From assembly GCF_000015945.1 (NCBI RefSeq), contig NC_009033.1, positions 1,320,001 through 1,352,000 on the forward strand: a stretch of DNA of 32,000 nt, read 5' to 3'. This DNA comes from Staphylothermus marinus F1. Lineage in GTDB: Archaea > Thermoproteota > Thermoprotei_A > Sulfolobales > Desulfurococcaceae. Shown piece after piece: positions 16,316 to 26,549 of this stretch (position 1 is the stretch's first letter; each line of letters begins with the position of its first letter). The notes under the pieces were generated by a model. That model worked only from the letters and a program-made list of their open reading frames with translations. It ran no database searches and had not been told where the DNA came from. The position numbers and the translations under genes are program-made.

Positions 16316-17551
16316 TTGAAACACCGTATAGTTATGAATTATTATATGGGTGAATATAAGAGGATGATGAGGAGTTTAAAAGAACTAGGAAGTGAGAAGA
16401 AGACAACTCTGCTCTCCCTATATATTTACACATTTATCCGTGGCGCTGGTAGAGCTAGTTATATGTTCTTGTATCCTTTATTCCTCATAAGCATAGGGTA
16501 CTCAACGAAGGATTTGGGTTCGATAGCGACTATTGCTTCTGCTCTTATCATACTTATACTCCCAATTGTAGGCCATCTTGTTGATCTTGGATGGGCAATT
16601 GAAGTATTGTTTTTGTCTGGTTTATCTATGTCTTTAGCATTGATATTACCGGTTGTTTATCCGAGTTTTTACTCATTAGTAATATCTTATGCATTAAATA
16701 TGCTCAGCTTATATCTATGGTCTCCCTCGAGAAATAAGATCATAGGTACTATTATTCCCCAGATATTGCTTGGTAGAGTTTATAGTTTATTTGTGATCTT
16801 GTTTAACTCGTCTAGAACCGTAACCCCCTTTATACTGGGCAGATTAACTGAGACAATTGGTTATGGATACTTGATGATTTGGATGGGGATTTTTAGTCTT
16901 GCAGGAACAATTATAGTCTATGTGATTCTTATTCTTCGACAAAATATGTTTTCACGTACATCTATTGGAAGAGCCGATATTATTAATAGCTATAAGGTTA
17001 TGTTCATGTTTGATAAAAGCGTAATAACTATTGTATTATTTGCTTTAATTGATAGTTTTGCTTGGAGGCTTTGGTTTCCATTATTGAATGCTTATTTAAA
17101 AGAATATAGGGGGCTTGCTGATCCTATTATTGGTGATTATAACACTGTTATCGGGTTATCTATGTTGGTGACTTCATATTTTGCAGGCGTTATTACGGAT
17201 AAGATTAAGCCTGTAAAATCCCTTATAACATATGAGTTGATAGGAGCGGCTGGCATTCTCTTAATCAATCTTCCTTATCCATATATTCATTTATCAGCAT
17301 TACTTATAGGATTCAGCATTGCTTTCTGGGTTTCAGCATATAATACATTAGTCACGATCATGTATGGTATCGAGAAGATAGGTAGATTAAGAGTATTAAC
17401 TGATTCTGCAAGAAATATTTCATCCATACCAGCACCGCAGATAGGAGGTTATTTAATGTCTATTGATCCACTAATAACATTTATTATGAGCGCACTTCTC
17501 ATGTTAATTGCTATTATGCCTCTGAGAAAAATAAGAGTGAAAACTAGTTAG
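16316..17551 (+). CDS. MFS-type transporter
   Basis: 411 aa with about 12 hydrophobic segments in two halves and a central basic loop. TTG start is uncertain (the MRSLKELG Met is also possible). Confidence 0.65.
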   Translation: MKHRIVMNYYMGEYKRMMRSLKELGSEKKTTLLSLYIYTFIRGAGRASYMFLYPLFLISIGYSTKDLGSIATIASALIILILPIVGHLVDLGWAIEVLFLSGLSMSLALILPVVYPSFYSLVISYALNMLSLYLWSPSRNKIIGTIIPQILLGRVYSLFVILFNSSRTVTPFILGRLTETIGYGYLMIWMGIFSLAGTIIVYVILILRQNMFSRTSIGRADIINSYKVMFMFDKSVITIVLFALIDSFAWRLWFPLLNAYLKEYRGLADPIIGDYNTVIGLSMLVTSYFAGVITDKIKPVKSLITYELIGAAGILLINLPYPYIHLSALLIGFSIAFWVSAYNTLVTIMYGIEKIGRLRVLTDSARNISSIPAPQIGGYLMSIDPLITFIMSALLMLIAIMPLRKIRVKTS

Positions 17552-17569
17552 TAACTGTGGTGCTACTAG

Positions 17570-18430
17570 TTGACGAGAGGTAAGCTTCTTAAAAAACTAG
17601 CTATAAAGGTGTTGGGCGAGGAAAAGGCGAGGAAAATATGGGGTAGAATAGAGATTATTGGGGATATAGCTATTATACGTGTACCATTTGATATTGATCC
17701 CTACGAACTGAAACCATTAGCTGAAACAATAGTTGAGGAGCTAAAATATGTTAAGAGTGTCTGGGCAGGATTACCAGGTGTTAAGGGGCCTTATAGGCTT
17801 AGACCGTTTATCCACTTAGCTGGTGAAGATAGAAGTGAAACAATATATAAAGAGCATGGATGCTTATTCAAAATAGACATCACTAAGGTATATGTATCAC
17901 CTACTCTCAACTACGAACATAAAAGAATAGCACAACTAGTTAAGCCTGGAGAAATAATTACAAACATGTTCGCTGGTGCAGGTTTTTTCAGCATAATCAT
18001 TGCTCGCTATTCTAAGCCGAAAAAAGTATATAGTATAGATATAAATCCACATGCTTACCGTTACATGGTTGAAAATATAAGGCTTAACAAAGTTGAAGAC
18101 ATAGTTGTGCCTCTTATGGGAGATGCTGCTAAGGTGATCGAAGAAAAACTAGTTAATACAAGTGATAGAGTATTAATGCCTTATCCCGAACTAGCTCTTG
18201 ACTACTTGGTTTATGCATTAAAAGCTTTAAGGAATAGGAGAGGCTGGATACATATCTACCTACACATTGTAGCAGATAAGAGTTCTTCTCCACTAGATAT
18301 TGCTGAAAACATTTTAAAAAATAAGCTTCAAGATTTAAGTGTTAAAAAATTCGATATTATGAATAAGAGGATTGTTAGAACGATTGGGCCGAGAAAATAC
18401 CAAGTAGTATTAGATGTTCATATATATTAG
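17570..18430 (+). CDS. Trm5/Taw2-family class I SAM-dependent tRNA modification enzyme (m1G37 / wyosine pathway)
   Basis: 286 aa. The SAM-binding motif is ITNMFAGAGFFSI, followed by SIDINPHAYRYMVENIRLNKVED. Size and layout resemble archaeal Taw2/Trm5 without the D1 domain. The precise activity cannot be assigned. Confidence 0.7.
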   Translation: MTRGKLLKKLAIKVLGEEKARKIWGRIEIIGDIAIIRVPFDIDPYELKPLAETIVEELKYVKSVWAGLPGVKGPYRLRPFIHLAGEDRSETIYKEHGCLFKIDITKVYVSPTLNYEHKRIAQLVKPGEIITNMFAGAGFFSIIIARYSKPKKVYSIDINPHAYRYMVENIRLNKVEDIVVPLMGDAAKVIEEKLVNTSDRVLMPYPELALDYLVYALKALRNRRGWIHIYLHIVADKSSSPLDIAENILKNKLQDLSVKKFDIMNKRIVRTIGPRKYQVVLDVHIY

Positions 18431-18446
18431 CATCACCAACTCCTAG

Positions 18447-18629
18447 TGTGTTTGCCCATGCTTTATTATTTGCAGGGGCTTCCCCCTCTTGGGTCGGGTT
18501 TTTCACTCTCTTCATCGTGGGGGTTATTGGGGCTCCAAGGAGAAACTCTCACCCCTCAACCCCCACCAATAAAAAGAACACATAAACACCACAAAAACAA
18601 CCATAATATCCAAACAAGCGAATAGGCTC
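18447..18629 (-). repeat. GC-rich dispersed element, copy C (inverted, internally shortened)
   Basis: The reverse complement aligns with copies A and B: cctattcgcttgtttggatattatggttg ... ggagccccaataacccccacgatgaagagagtgaaaaacccgacccaagagggggaagcccctgcaaataataaagcatgggcaaacac. It fills the convergent spacer between 17570..18430 and 18651..19226. Confidence 0.8.
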
Positions 18630-18650
18630 CTTTAGGTATCTTATTTGTTC

Positions 18651-19226
18651 TTATGGTAATGGTCTAGCCATGAGGAAAGCGTCTTCTCCGTCGAGATAAT
18701 AATGGTGGAGTATTTTTATGGTTTTATATCCTAGTTTTTCATAGAGACTTATTGCTGGTTTATTTGTTACTCTAACTTCGAGATATGATTCACTACAATT
18801 ATATTCCTCATATAAACTTTTCAAAGCATATGCCATTAAGGCGTATCCAAGCCCTTTTCTACGATGTTTTTCTAGAACAGCTATACTAACTATGTGCCCG
18901 CTCCTAACTAGGAAGTGTTTAAAGTATCCAGGCTTTGTTTCCACTCGACACATTATGTAACCCACTATTTTTCCTCCAGGCGCTTCTGCTACATAGAATG
19001 ATTTACCATATTTTATCCATAGTTCTCTGAAGAAGTAGGATGGATAGTTCTCCGGTAATGTGATCATGTTTATTTGTCTCACATCCTCTAGATCCTTTTC
19101 CTCAGCATTTCTTATCCTATACCCTTGAGCTCTCTCCTGCAATCTCTTCTTAGCGTTCTCGAATATCTCGTAAATGTTGGGTATATCTTTTTCATTAACA
19201 CCCCTACTTTTTCGCCACAAGATCAA
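18651..19226 (-). CDS. GNAT N-alpha-acetyltransferase (Ard1/RimI-like)
   Basis: 191 aa. It carries the LPENYPSYFF motif of Ard1/NatA catalytic subunits, the acetyl-CoA site RRKGLGYALM and a C-terminal LYEKLGY. Confidence 0.8.
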   Translation of the reverse strand: MILWRKSRGVNEKDIPNIYEIFENAKKRLQERAQGYRIRNAEEKDLEDVRQINMITLPENYPSYFFRELWIKYGKSFYVAEAPGGKIVGYIMCRVETKPGYFKHFLVRSGHIVSIAVLEKHRRKGLGYALMAYALKSLYEEYNCSESYLEVRVTNKPAISLYEKLGYKTIKILHHYYLDGEDAFLMARPLP

Positions 19227-19409
19227 TTCATCGTTCCCCTAGCCAATAATAATTAATCATGCTTATATTGCACAATAAATATTGAATTAAGAATAAGTAT
19301 TTAAAGCGAATCCTTCCAGCAAAGACTTATCTATATATGAATCTTTTAATAAGTTCGAAATGTTAATTATAATGGAAAAGACAAACACGGTTATAACCCT
19401 ATATTGTAG

Positions 19410-20675
19410 ATGCGGAAACAATGTAGAACTTATATGAAAAACTTGGTGAGAATCTTGGCAGAGCTCCCCCTGATAGAAGAGTATTCTCCGCTTAGGAATA
19501 GAAGAATACTGTTTGGTTTGACTGCTAGTTCCTCTATTTATAGATCAATTGATCTTATAAGGAAACTTATCCGGTTAGGAGCGGAGATAAAAGTAGTCAT
19601 GACTAGGGAATCCCTTAGCTTAATTACACCTGATCTAGTTGAGTGGGCTATTGGGTCTAAACCATTAATTGAATTCACGGGTAGAGCCGAACACATAGAA
19701 TTAGCTAATTGGGCTGAAGCATTCATTATAGCCCCCGCTACTCTGAACACTATTTCGAGAATAGCTTATGGAATAGCTGATCAATTGCTTCACTTAACCG
19801 CTATAACAATGATGGGGGCTGGTAAAAAATTAGCAATACTGCCAACTATGAATATGAAACTATATAATAGTCCTCAGTACCGTGAAGCAATTAATAAACT
19901 AGCTAGTTACAATAATGTCTCCATTATTAATCCATTAATAGAGGAGGGTAAAGCAAAGTTTCCACCAATAAACGATGTTGTCCACTGTATTGATGCACTA
20001 GTTAATAGAGGACGTGATCTTGAAGGTAAATATATGCTCATAACAGCTGGGCCCACAATAGAATATATTGATCCAGTAAGAATAATCACAAATAACAGTT
20101 CAGGATTAATGGGTGTATTACTTGCAAGAGAAGCGGTTTGTAGGGGGGCAGTAGTCGACTTGGTCCATGGTCCATTAAGGGTGGAGCCACCGTATAATGT
20201 TAATAAATATCCTGTTACAACAACTGCTCAAATGGCTAAGACTATTTCAAAGCTTACAAATGAGAAACAATATGATGCAGCAATATTTGCTGCTGCACCA
20301 TCAGACTACACCGTATTGTCTAGAAGCCATAAAAAGATATCAACACATGAACATGTCAGCTTAGTTGTAAGATTGAAGCAGACCCCTAAAACAATAAAGT
20401 ATGTGTCTCGAAGTAAGAAGCCAAAACTATTAATTATATTCTCTGCTGAAACAGTGGATAACCATTTAGAACTTGTGGAGAAAGCTAGAAATAAACTATT
20501 AGAGTATAATGCTGATCTAGCAATAGCTAATAATGTCAGCATTAGCGGCGTAGGTTTCTCATCAAACTATATTGATGCATGCATCGTCTCTAGTGATAGT
20601 CATGAATGCATGGGTGTGATAAGAAAAGAAGTATTGGCGAGAAAGATTATTGATATAGTAAAACAAAATATCTAA
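19410..20675 (+). CDS. coaBC: Bifunctional phosphopantothenoylcysteine decarboxylase / phosphopantothenate-cysteine ligase (CoaBC)
   Basis: The N-terminal flavoprotein domain has [21 protein letters not shown] and [16 protein letters not shown]. The C-terminal CoaB domain has [25 protein letters not shown]. The start may be the internal MKNLVRIL. Confidence 0.85.
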   Translation: MRKQCRTYMKNLVRILAELPLIEEYSPLRNRRILFGLTASSSIYRSIDLIRKLIRLGAEIKVVMTRESLSLITPDLVEWAIGSKPLIEFTGRAEHIELANWAEAFIIAPATLNTISRIAYGIADQLLHLTAITMMGAGKKLAILPTMNMKLYNSPQYREAINKLASYNNVSIINPLIEEGKAKFPPINDVVHCIDALVNRGRDLEGKYMLITAGPTIEYIDPVRIITNNSSGLMGVLLAREAVCRGAVVDLVHGPLRVEPPYNVNKYPVTTTAQMAKTISKLTNEKQYDAAIFAAAPSDYTVLSRSHKKISTHEHVSLVVRLKQTPKTIKYVSRSKKPKLLIIFSAETVDNHLELVEKARNKLLEYNADLAIANNVSISGVGFSSNYIDACIVSSDSHECMGVIRKEVLARKIIDIVKQNI

Positions 20676-21451
20676 GATATATCAAGAACTATTTTACTAT
20701 TAGCAAGACGTTCTAATCTATTCTTTATCGCAATTAATGCTCTGCTCAATACATGGTTGTTATCGTATCCTTCAAGGATTCTGCGAAGCATGGATCGATC
20801 CGCTTTTCTAAGCTTATTAGCTTCCTCTACAAGTATGGGGAGAGCTCTTACAATATTATCAACAATAGTAATATTCGCTGCACGAGCAGTTCTCGATAAT
20901 GGGTTTAAATCAACAGCTATAACTGTTTTACCCATCCTCCGCAAAGCCTCCGTTCGATCACCATCTTCTAATGGAACAAAAACAACGTCAGCACGCAGTA
21001 TTCCCCTTGGACTAACCCTCCGCCTCTCACTAAATAATTCGGGAATAGTTGCTGAAGCATCTTCCCCCACACCCAGAACTTCCGTAGCACCATGTTTCCT
21101 TAACCAATCAGCAATAGCTTCCTCCCTCTCCCTCGTCCTATAAAACAAGTTAACCTCGATCTTTGCATTCACTATTCTAGCTAGCTTCACTATTTCTGAG
21201 GGGACAAGCATAGCTGTATTACCATTTACTGATAAAACAGGGTATTCAGCAAGCAATAAAGCAGCCGCAGCAGCTCTTATAGCTTCATATGCGAAATCAT
21301 GTGTTTTTTCTCCAAGCAAGTAATCGAAGCACTCGCCCCGCCCATGAGCTATTAATCCTTCTAAAGCAACTATTCCTCTCTTGTATCCCTCAACTATTTT
21401 TTCCCGTAACAATAAGCTTTCTCTCCTAGGATGATTAGGAGGTATTCTCAA
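20672..21451 (-). CDS. 4-phosphopantoate--beta-alanine ligase (archaeal phosphopantothenate synthetase, PPS)
   Basis: 259 aa. [11 protein letters not shown]...[19 protein letters not shown] is characteristic of the COG1701/DUF137 PPS family. Its stop overlaps the coaBC stop on the opposite strand (ctaa, 20672-20675). Confidence 0.8.
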   Translation of the reverse strand: MRIPPNHPRRESLLLREKIVEGYKRGIVALEGLIAHGRGECFDYLLGEKTHDFAYEAIRAAAAALLLAEYPVLSVNGNTAMLVPSEIVKLARIVNAKIEVNLFYRTREREEAIADWLRKHGATEVLGVGEDASATIPELFSERRRVSPRGILRADVVFVPLEDGDRTEALRRMGKTVIAVDLNPLSRTARAANITIVDNIVRALPILVEEANKLRKADRSMLRRILEGYDNNHVLSRALIAIKNRLERLANSKIVLDIS

Positions 21452-22277
21452 ATCTCACACCATACATGTCTATCCATGTTTTAAACGATAGAAAATACTT
21501 GTTTAAATAAGAATATATCTCATCTAACCATTCATTTTCAACCCATAATACTAGTGCTTGTTTTTTACGGAAATAACCAATGATTTTACTTCTATAAGGA
21601 GATAATAATTTATCTATATTATCATAGCTGAATATTTTAGAAGTGAAAACATGTGCTTTCACAAAAAATTCTTCAACACTAGGCTTTTCCAATAGCTCAT
21701 CAATAAGTTTTCTGGCAAGATCATATGTTTCCTTACCTATTCTTTTAAGCATAGAGGGGGTATCTTCTCTGCCTGGAAGAACAGAAACTATGAGATCAAC
21801 TTTTCTACCCGGATAAATATGTTCAACCACACCTATACCTGGTGGTCCAGGTTTCACTCTAATTTCCAAGCCTCCATAAAACTCAGCTATTACATCTCCG
21901 TAACCAGTATTATAGATTACCTCGGCTACATGAGCAGGCCAAGTAGCTTTTTCAATAGTGATATTTTTGACCAACAGAGATGAAAGACTTAAACCAAGTA
22001 AGCATGCAGCAGATAATCCAAATCCGTATCCAAGGCTAATAGGTGATTTTTCATCAACAGATAGGTTTACACCTAGTTTTCCACATATGGCTCGGGAATG
22101 ATCCTTTAATACTTCCTCATTATTTAATAGAATACCACATTTCTCAGTATTTCTCAGCTTAGCTGTTAAGTATAATGCTATATTTATTCCCGCCCCAATA
22201 CTCCCCGTTGTCAAGGGATTATTTGTTATTATAGGATACCATAATCCAGAAATGTGTAGGGGGATTTTGATAAACAA
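21435..22277 (-). CDS. Pantoate kinase (archaeal PoK, GHMP kinase superfamily)
   Basis: 280 aa with the GHMP-like motif [13 protein letters not shown] and N-terminal SGLW...GSIGAGINI. It sits between panB and PPS, as in described archaeal CoA clusters, and overlaps PPS by 17 nt. Confidence 0.75.
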   Translation of the reverse strand: MFIKIPLHISGLWYPIITNNPLTTGSIGAGINIALYLTAKLRNTEKCGILLNNEEVLKDHSRAICGKLGVNLSVDEKSPISLGYGFGLSAACLLGLSLSSLLVKNITIEKATWPAHVAEVIYNTGYGDVIAEFYGGLEIRVKPGPPGIGVVEHIYPGRKVDLIVSVLPGREDTPSMLKRIGKETYDLARKLIDELLEKPSVEEFFVKAHVFTSKIFSYDNIDKLLSPYRSKIIGYFRKKQALVLWVENEWLDEIYSYLNKYFLSFKTWIDMYGVRFENTS

Positions 22278-23093
22278 TTATTTTTCAGCCTCGCGGCGTT
22301 TACTGAAGAAATAATGTTTTCTCTCAGGAAACACACCGTTCCGTACTTCTTCAGCATATTTCTTAACCGAATCAATCACTATTCTTCTAAGGTCAGCGTA
22401 TTTCTTCGCAAATGGAGGGATTTCTTCATATATTCCGAGCAAGTCATGGAGAACTAGTACTTGTCCATCACAGTATGGCCCACTACCAATACATATTGTT
22501 GGAACAGATACTTCTTTAGTTATTTCCTCAGCTATATCAGCAGCTGTAAATTCTATCACGATCGAGAATACTCCTGCTTTTTCAAGCTCTTTAGCATCTT
22601 CAATTATTTTTTCAGCTTCATATTCTTTCACACCTCTCCTCCTATAACCGCCAAGTAATAGGTATCTTTGAGGAGTTAAACCTATATGTCCCATTACAGG
22701 AATACCTGCTCTTACAAGTGCTTTTATAACATCAACCATTTCACTTCCACCCTCGATCTTAACGGCTTCAGCTCCTGATTTCAACATTAAACCAGCATTC
22801 CTAACAGCTTCCTCAATACTTACTTCGTAGCTTAGGAAAGGCATATCACCAACAATTAATGCTCTAGGCTTAGCTCGAGCAACACTTGAAACATGTAATA
22901 GCATCATATCCATTGTTACAGGAATAGTAGATGGTAATCCATGAACAACCATTCCAGCACTATCCCCGACAAGAATGATGTCAACACCTGCTTCATCAAC
23001 AAGTTTGGCGAATGGATAATCATAAGCTGTTACCATAACGATTTTCTTCTTTCCCTTCATTTTCAATATATCTCTAATTGTTATCTTCTTCAA
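22278..23093 (-). CDS. panB: 3-methyl-2-oxobutanoate hydroxymethyltransferase (ketopantoate hydroxymethyltransferase)
   Basis: 271 aa. Motifs are VMVTAYDYPFAKLVDEAGVDIILVGDSAGMV, AVKIEGG and GHIGLTPQ. The stop directly abuts the PoK start. Confidence 0.9.
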   Translation of the reverse strand: MKKITIRDILKMKGKKKIVMVTAYDYPFAKLVDEAGVDIILVGDSAGMVVHGLPSTIPVTMDMMLLHVSSVARAKPRALIVGDMPFLSYEVSIEEAVRNAGLMLKSGAEAVKIEGGSEMVDVIKALVRAGIPVMGHIGLTPQRYLLLGGYRRRGVKEYEAEKIIEDAKELEKAGVFSIVIEFTAADIAEEITKEVSVPTICIGSGPYCDGQVLVLHDLLGIYEEIPPFAKKYADLRRIVIDSVKKYAEEVRNGVFPERKHYFFSKRREAEK

Positions 23094-23131
23094 TGATTAA
23101 CACCTAGTAGTATAATTGATTAGCTAGATTA

Positions 23132-24076
23132 TTATGATTTATTATAATTATTCTTCATATAGGATTCCTCTATTAAGTGAACAATACGTGTTATAACTCC
23201 ATTAACCGATTTCTCCCCTACATGTTTAGCTATGAATCCATTAATATAATCTATCTCCGTAGGCATATTATTGATTACATCTTGTGCCATACTTGAATAG
23301 TTTTCCGAAGTATTCTCTGATCCTCTAAAAATAGTTGTTAGAAGCCTTTCCTTATCAAGTTTGAAACCATGTTTCTCCGCAGCAATAATTAGTTCATCAA
23401 TTATTTCTTCTGCAAGTATTCTCCCATACCGTGTTAGAACTATTTTGTTCTTAGAACGTGTTATTGCAGTTAATGGATTAATAACAGCATTTACTCCAAG
23501 CTTTATCCATCTGTATAAATCTATATTTGATGTTACTCGGAAATCGCATCCTCCCCTATTAAGAATATTCATTAGCTCTAATAACTTAGATGTGAATCCT
23601 CTCCTACTTCCCGCGATAATTGTTCTACCGCCATGGTGAACTATATAGTATTTATTTATTCGTTCAGCTCCGATGAACACTACTCCTCCAGCAATGTATC
23701 GGTTAAATATTTTTTCTTCAACTAATTCCAAGCTGCCGAAACCGTTTTGTAACATTAAGATTAATGAGTCTTCACTAGTTATCTTATGCATTAAGTTAAT
23801 TGTGTCTTTGACATTATATGCTTTCACAGTATTTATTATGAATCTGCATTTACCAATAGGTTTTGTATAGTGGACAGGAATTATGGGTACGAGATATTCT
23901 TTATCACCATATTTAATTGTTAAGCCTCCATTCTTCATTATTGCTTCGACACTTTCAATGCTTCGATAATATACTGGTATATTAGTTATTCCTCCCCTAA
24001 AAGAATAATAAGCTATTATCCCCCCTATGCTTCCTCCTCCAATAACGCATAGATCATAATACTGCAATGTATCCAC
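23132..24076 (-). CDS. panE: 2-dehydropantoate 2-reductase (ketopantoate reductase)
   Basis: 314 aa. The Rossmann motif is CVIGGGSIGG and the ApbA C-terminal motif is SSMAQDVINNMPTEIDYINGFI. Confidence 0.8.
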   Translation of the reverse strand: MDTLQYYDLCVIGGGSIGGIIAYYSFRGGITNIPVYYRSIESVEAIMKNGGLTIKYGDKEYLVPIIPVHYTKPIGKCRFIINTVKAYNVKDTINLMHKITSEDSLILMLQNGFGSLELVEEKIFNRYIAGGVVFIGAERINKYYIVHHGGRTIIAGSRRGFTSKLLELMNILNRGGCDFRVTSNIDLYRWIKLGVNAVINPLTAITRSKNKIVLTRYGRILAEEIIDELIIAAEKHGFKLDKERLLTTIFRGSENTSENYSSMAQDVINNMPTEIDYINGFIAKHVGEKSVNGVITRIVHLIEESYMKNNYNKS

Positions 24077-24140
24077 CTCTTCCTAATTAAATTATGATCA
24101 AAACATTTTTAACAAGCTCTAAACAAGTTAGTTCACTTGA

Positions 24141-25010
24141 TTAATCATATAAGATTATCTGTATTATTTCCTCTAGTTCGGAAAGATTCTCGGCAAAAAT
24201 ATATATAACGGGTTCTAAACCATATCCGCCCTTATCCCCTATAATCTGGGGTTTTTCTCTGAGTGCCTTCTCGATGTCTGACCAGAATTCTTCCAGTGTT
24301 TTATGTGGTCCAGACTCTGTTACTTTATAGTTTTTGTTGGCGAGTTTATCCAGTATTAGTTTATCATATACAATATTCATTGCGGCTCTATATTTCTCAT
24401 TATACTTTGTAGCGATGAGTAGGATTCGTGATAAATGCCTGCTACCACCATATATTGGTTCCCCAACAGCTTTGATTCCTCCGCCGACTCTTAGTATTCT
24501 GCCGGATAACCCGATTATATCACTTATATCTCTTGGTTTATGTGGAGAAAACACTATGTTGGAGCCGACTTCTGGTATTAGTCTAGATAAGTTGTATTTT
24601 GATAACAACGTTGATACAAATGATCTATAATGTTCTATGAATGGATCAACAATTATTGTGTCGCGGCAATAATCTTTTGCACCATGTTTTATCCGGCACA
24701 AATACTCCATGGATAACTCGTTTACAATACTGCTCATCAATAGAACTAGTTTTATCTGTTCCTCTTTTAAAGCAGTATATAATATTATGTTTAAATAACT
24801 GGTTATTTTATCGAGGTCGAATCCATGAGATAATAGGAGATTATAATAGTACTCTTCAGGTTTACTCAAATACTTATGTACTTGGGGCTGAGTTATTCCT
24901 AGTAGTTTAGCTATTCTTCTTTGGCTAAACCCTTCTTTTGAGAGAGAATGAACTAGCAATCCTTTTAGTGGCGGTATAATTATTCTAGCCGCTATTTCCT
25001 GAAGTAACAA
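24141..25010 (-). CDS. HTH domain fused to a ThiN-type domain (ThiN thiamine-phosphate synthase or ThiR-like regulator)
   Basis: 289 aa. The N-terminal HTH is GFSQRRIAKLLGITQPQVHKYLS. The C-terminal ThiN-like motifs are IPEVGSNIVF, GLSGRILRVGG, GEPIYGGSRHLSRILL, AAMNIVYD and GDKGGYGLEPVIYIF. Confidence 0.7.
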   Translation of the reverse strand: MLLQEIAARIIIPPLKGLLVHSLSKEGFSQRRIAKLLGITQPQVHKYLSKPEEYYYNLLLSHGFDLDKITSYLNIILYTALKEEQIKLVLLMSSIVNELSMEYLCRIKHGAKDYCRDTIIVDPFIEHYRSFVSTLLSKYNLSRLIPEVGSNIVFSPHKPRDISDIIGLSGRILRVGGGIKAVGEPIYGGSRHLSRILLIATKYNEKYRAAMNIVYDKLILDKLANKNYKVTESGPHKTLEEFWSDIEKALREKPQIIGDKGGYGLEPVIYIFAENLSELEEIIQIILYD

Positions 25011-25027
25011 GATCCTTCAACTATTAC

Positions 25028-25711
25028 TCACGCTTCTTCATATTCTTTTTCATTAGACATTAGTGGTTTTTCAATCTTCCTCTTAATAGTTCTAGAAGCT
25101 CCTTCCTCTATTTTAGAAGCTATTCGCTCAGCTAGAGATATTATCTCCTGTAGCGTCATTATTTCTTTGCTGAAGACATCTTCGTAAGCCATCATTTCTT
25201 CCAGTATACTAGTGATCTTGTCTAGGTCTCCGAAAACTATTTCTCGGAACACTTTTTTATCTATAGCGTTAAGTGAATCTTTCATAGATAATCTTCTCAG
25301 AGTATTTAGGAGTCGCGATGGCTCCATGCTTTTATATTTTATAAGCAACAGTCTTAAACGGGGTTCCTCAGCTTCCTCTACACCACTATATTCGAGGAGA
25401 GCTTTTCTAATAGATTCTAGATCGACAAAGCTCCACCATTTCTGAGAGCTACTACTATAGCTTTTCTCTATAAGACCATATTCTTTCTCAAGTATTCTGA
25501 TAAGATTTGCTGGATTATAGATTATGCCTTGTCTCCTAAGTCTGAAAACGAGGTGTTTAAAACTAAAATCTCCTAGTCTATGATCTATTCCTGGATCGAG
25601 AGCTATATCGATAGCTGTTCTCAGAACTATGTATCCCTTATCTCCATAATTGCTTAGAAACTCCAGCGTCCTCAGCTTGATAAGGTCGCTCATATCTAGG
25701 AAACCCACCAT
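25028..25711 (-). CDS. Hypothetical protein (no family recognised)
   Basis: 227-aa ORF with coding-like composition. It is co-directional with the HTH-ThiN gene and 17 nt upstream of it. The C-terminal half is acidic and helical. Confidence 0.5.
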   Translation of the reverse strand: MVGFLDMSDLIKLRTLEFLSNYGDKGYIVLRTAIDIALDPGIDHRLGDFSFKHLVFRLRRQGIIYNPANLIRILEKEYGLIEKSYSSSSQKWWSFVDLESIRKALLEYSGVEEAEEPRLRLLLIKYKSMEPSRLLNTLRRLSMKDSLNAIDKKVFREIVFGDLDKITSILEEMMAYEDVFSKEIMTLQEIISLAERIASKIEEGASRTIKRKIEKPLMSNEKEYEEA

Positions 25712-25811
25712 TTCTACTAGTGTGGGTAGGAATATATTAATTCTCCGGTTATATGATATGTTAAGTATTAGATTATGATTCGAACAACTAGGTAATACTG
25801 GGCTGTATGCA

Positions 25812-26549
25812 TTGAGTGATTATAGGCTCCAAGTAATTGATCTACATAAGATCTATAATAATAAAGTATATGCTGTTAAAGGAATAAGTTTCAATATTAA
25901 ACCAGGCGAAATATTTGGATTAATAGGTCCTAATGGAGCAGGAAAAACAACAACACTCCGAATAATAGCTGGCTTATTAAAACCTACAAGGGGAAAAGTA
26001 TTATTTGAAGGAGTAAACCTGCATGAAAACATAGATATAGCTAAGAAAAATATAAGCTATCTTCCCGAAGAAGCAGGGGTTTATTCTAGGTTAACAGGTT
26101 ATGAACACTTAAAACTATATGCTATGCTCTACGAAGTAGAAGACATAGAGGAAATGATCAAATATGGTGCTGAACTTAGTGGTTTAGAAGATAAATTAAG
26201 AGAGAGAGCTGAAACATATAGTAAAGGTATGAAGCGCAGACTACTGCTAGCTCTAGTATTGATGAGGAAACCGGCTATGGCCATACTTGATGAGCCAACT
26301 AGTGGATTAGACGTCTACGCATCTGTAAAAGTTAGGCAGATGATAAAGGAATATGTTAAAGAAACAAATTCATCGGTATTGCTCAGTAGTCATAATATGT
26401 TAGAAGTTGAATACCTATGTGATAGAGTCGCATTTATTTATCAAGGCAAAATATTTGTTGAAGGAACACCGAAGGAGATAAAAGATCTATATGGTGCTGA
26501 TAACTTAGAAGAAGCATTCGTAAAAGCAGTAGAGGAAACCAGGAAATGA
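25812..26549 (+). CDS. ABC transporter ATP-binding protein (ABC-2 / NatA-like)
   Basis: Walker A is GPNGAGKTT, the signature is YSKGMKRRL, Walker B is MAILDEPTSGLD and the H-loop is SSHNM. TTG start. It overlaps the permease gene by 4 nt. Confidence 0.9.
   Translation: MSDYRLQVIDLHKIYNNKVYAVKGISFNIKPGEIFGLIGPNGAGKTTTLRIIAGLLKPTRGKVLFEGVNLHENIDIAKKNISYLPEEAGVYSRLTGYEHLKLYAMLYEVEDIEEMIKYGAELSGLEDKLRERAETYSKGMKRRLLLALVLMRKPAMAILDEPTSGLDVYASVKVRQMIKEYVKETNSSVLLSSHNMLEVEYLCDRVAFIYQGKIFVEGTPKEIKDLYGADNLEEAFVKAVEETRK

Noticed and set aside
16355-16420. GATGATGA motif suggesting a C/D sRNA at the 5' end of the MFS gene
   Set aside because: There is no CUGA box at the required 12-nt spacing, and the motif simply encodes RMMRS within the ORF.
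20757-21143. 128-aa plus-strand ORF inside the PPS gene
   Set aside because: It is antisense to a CDS with strong family motifs. Its Ser/Ala/Leu-rich composition is typical of a shadow frame.
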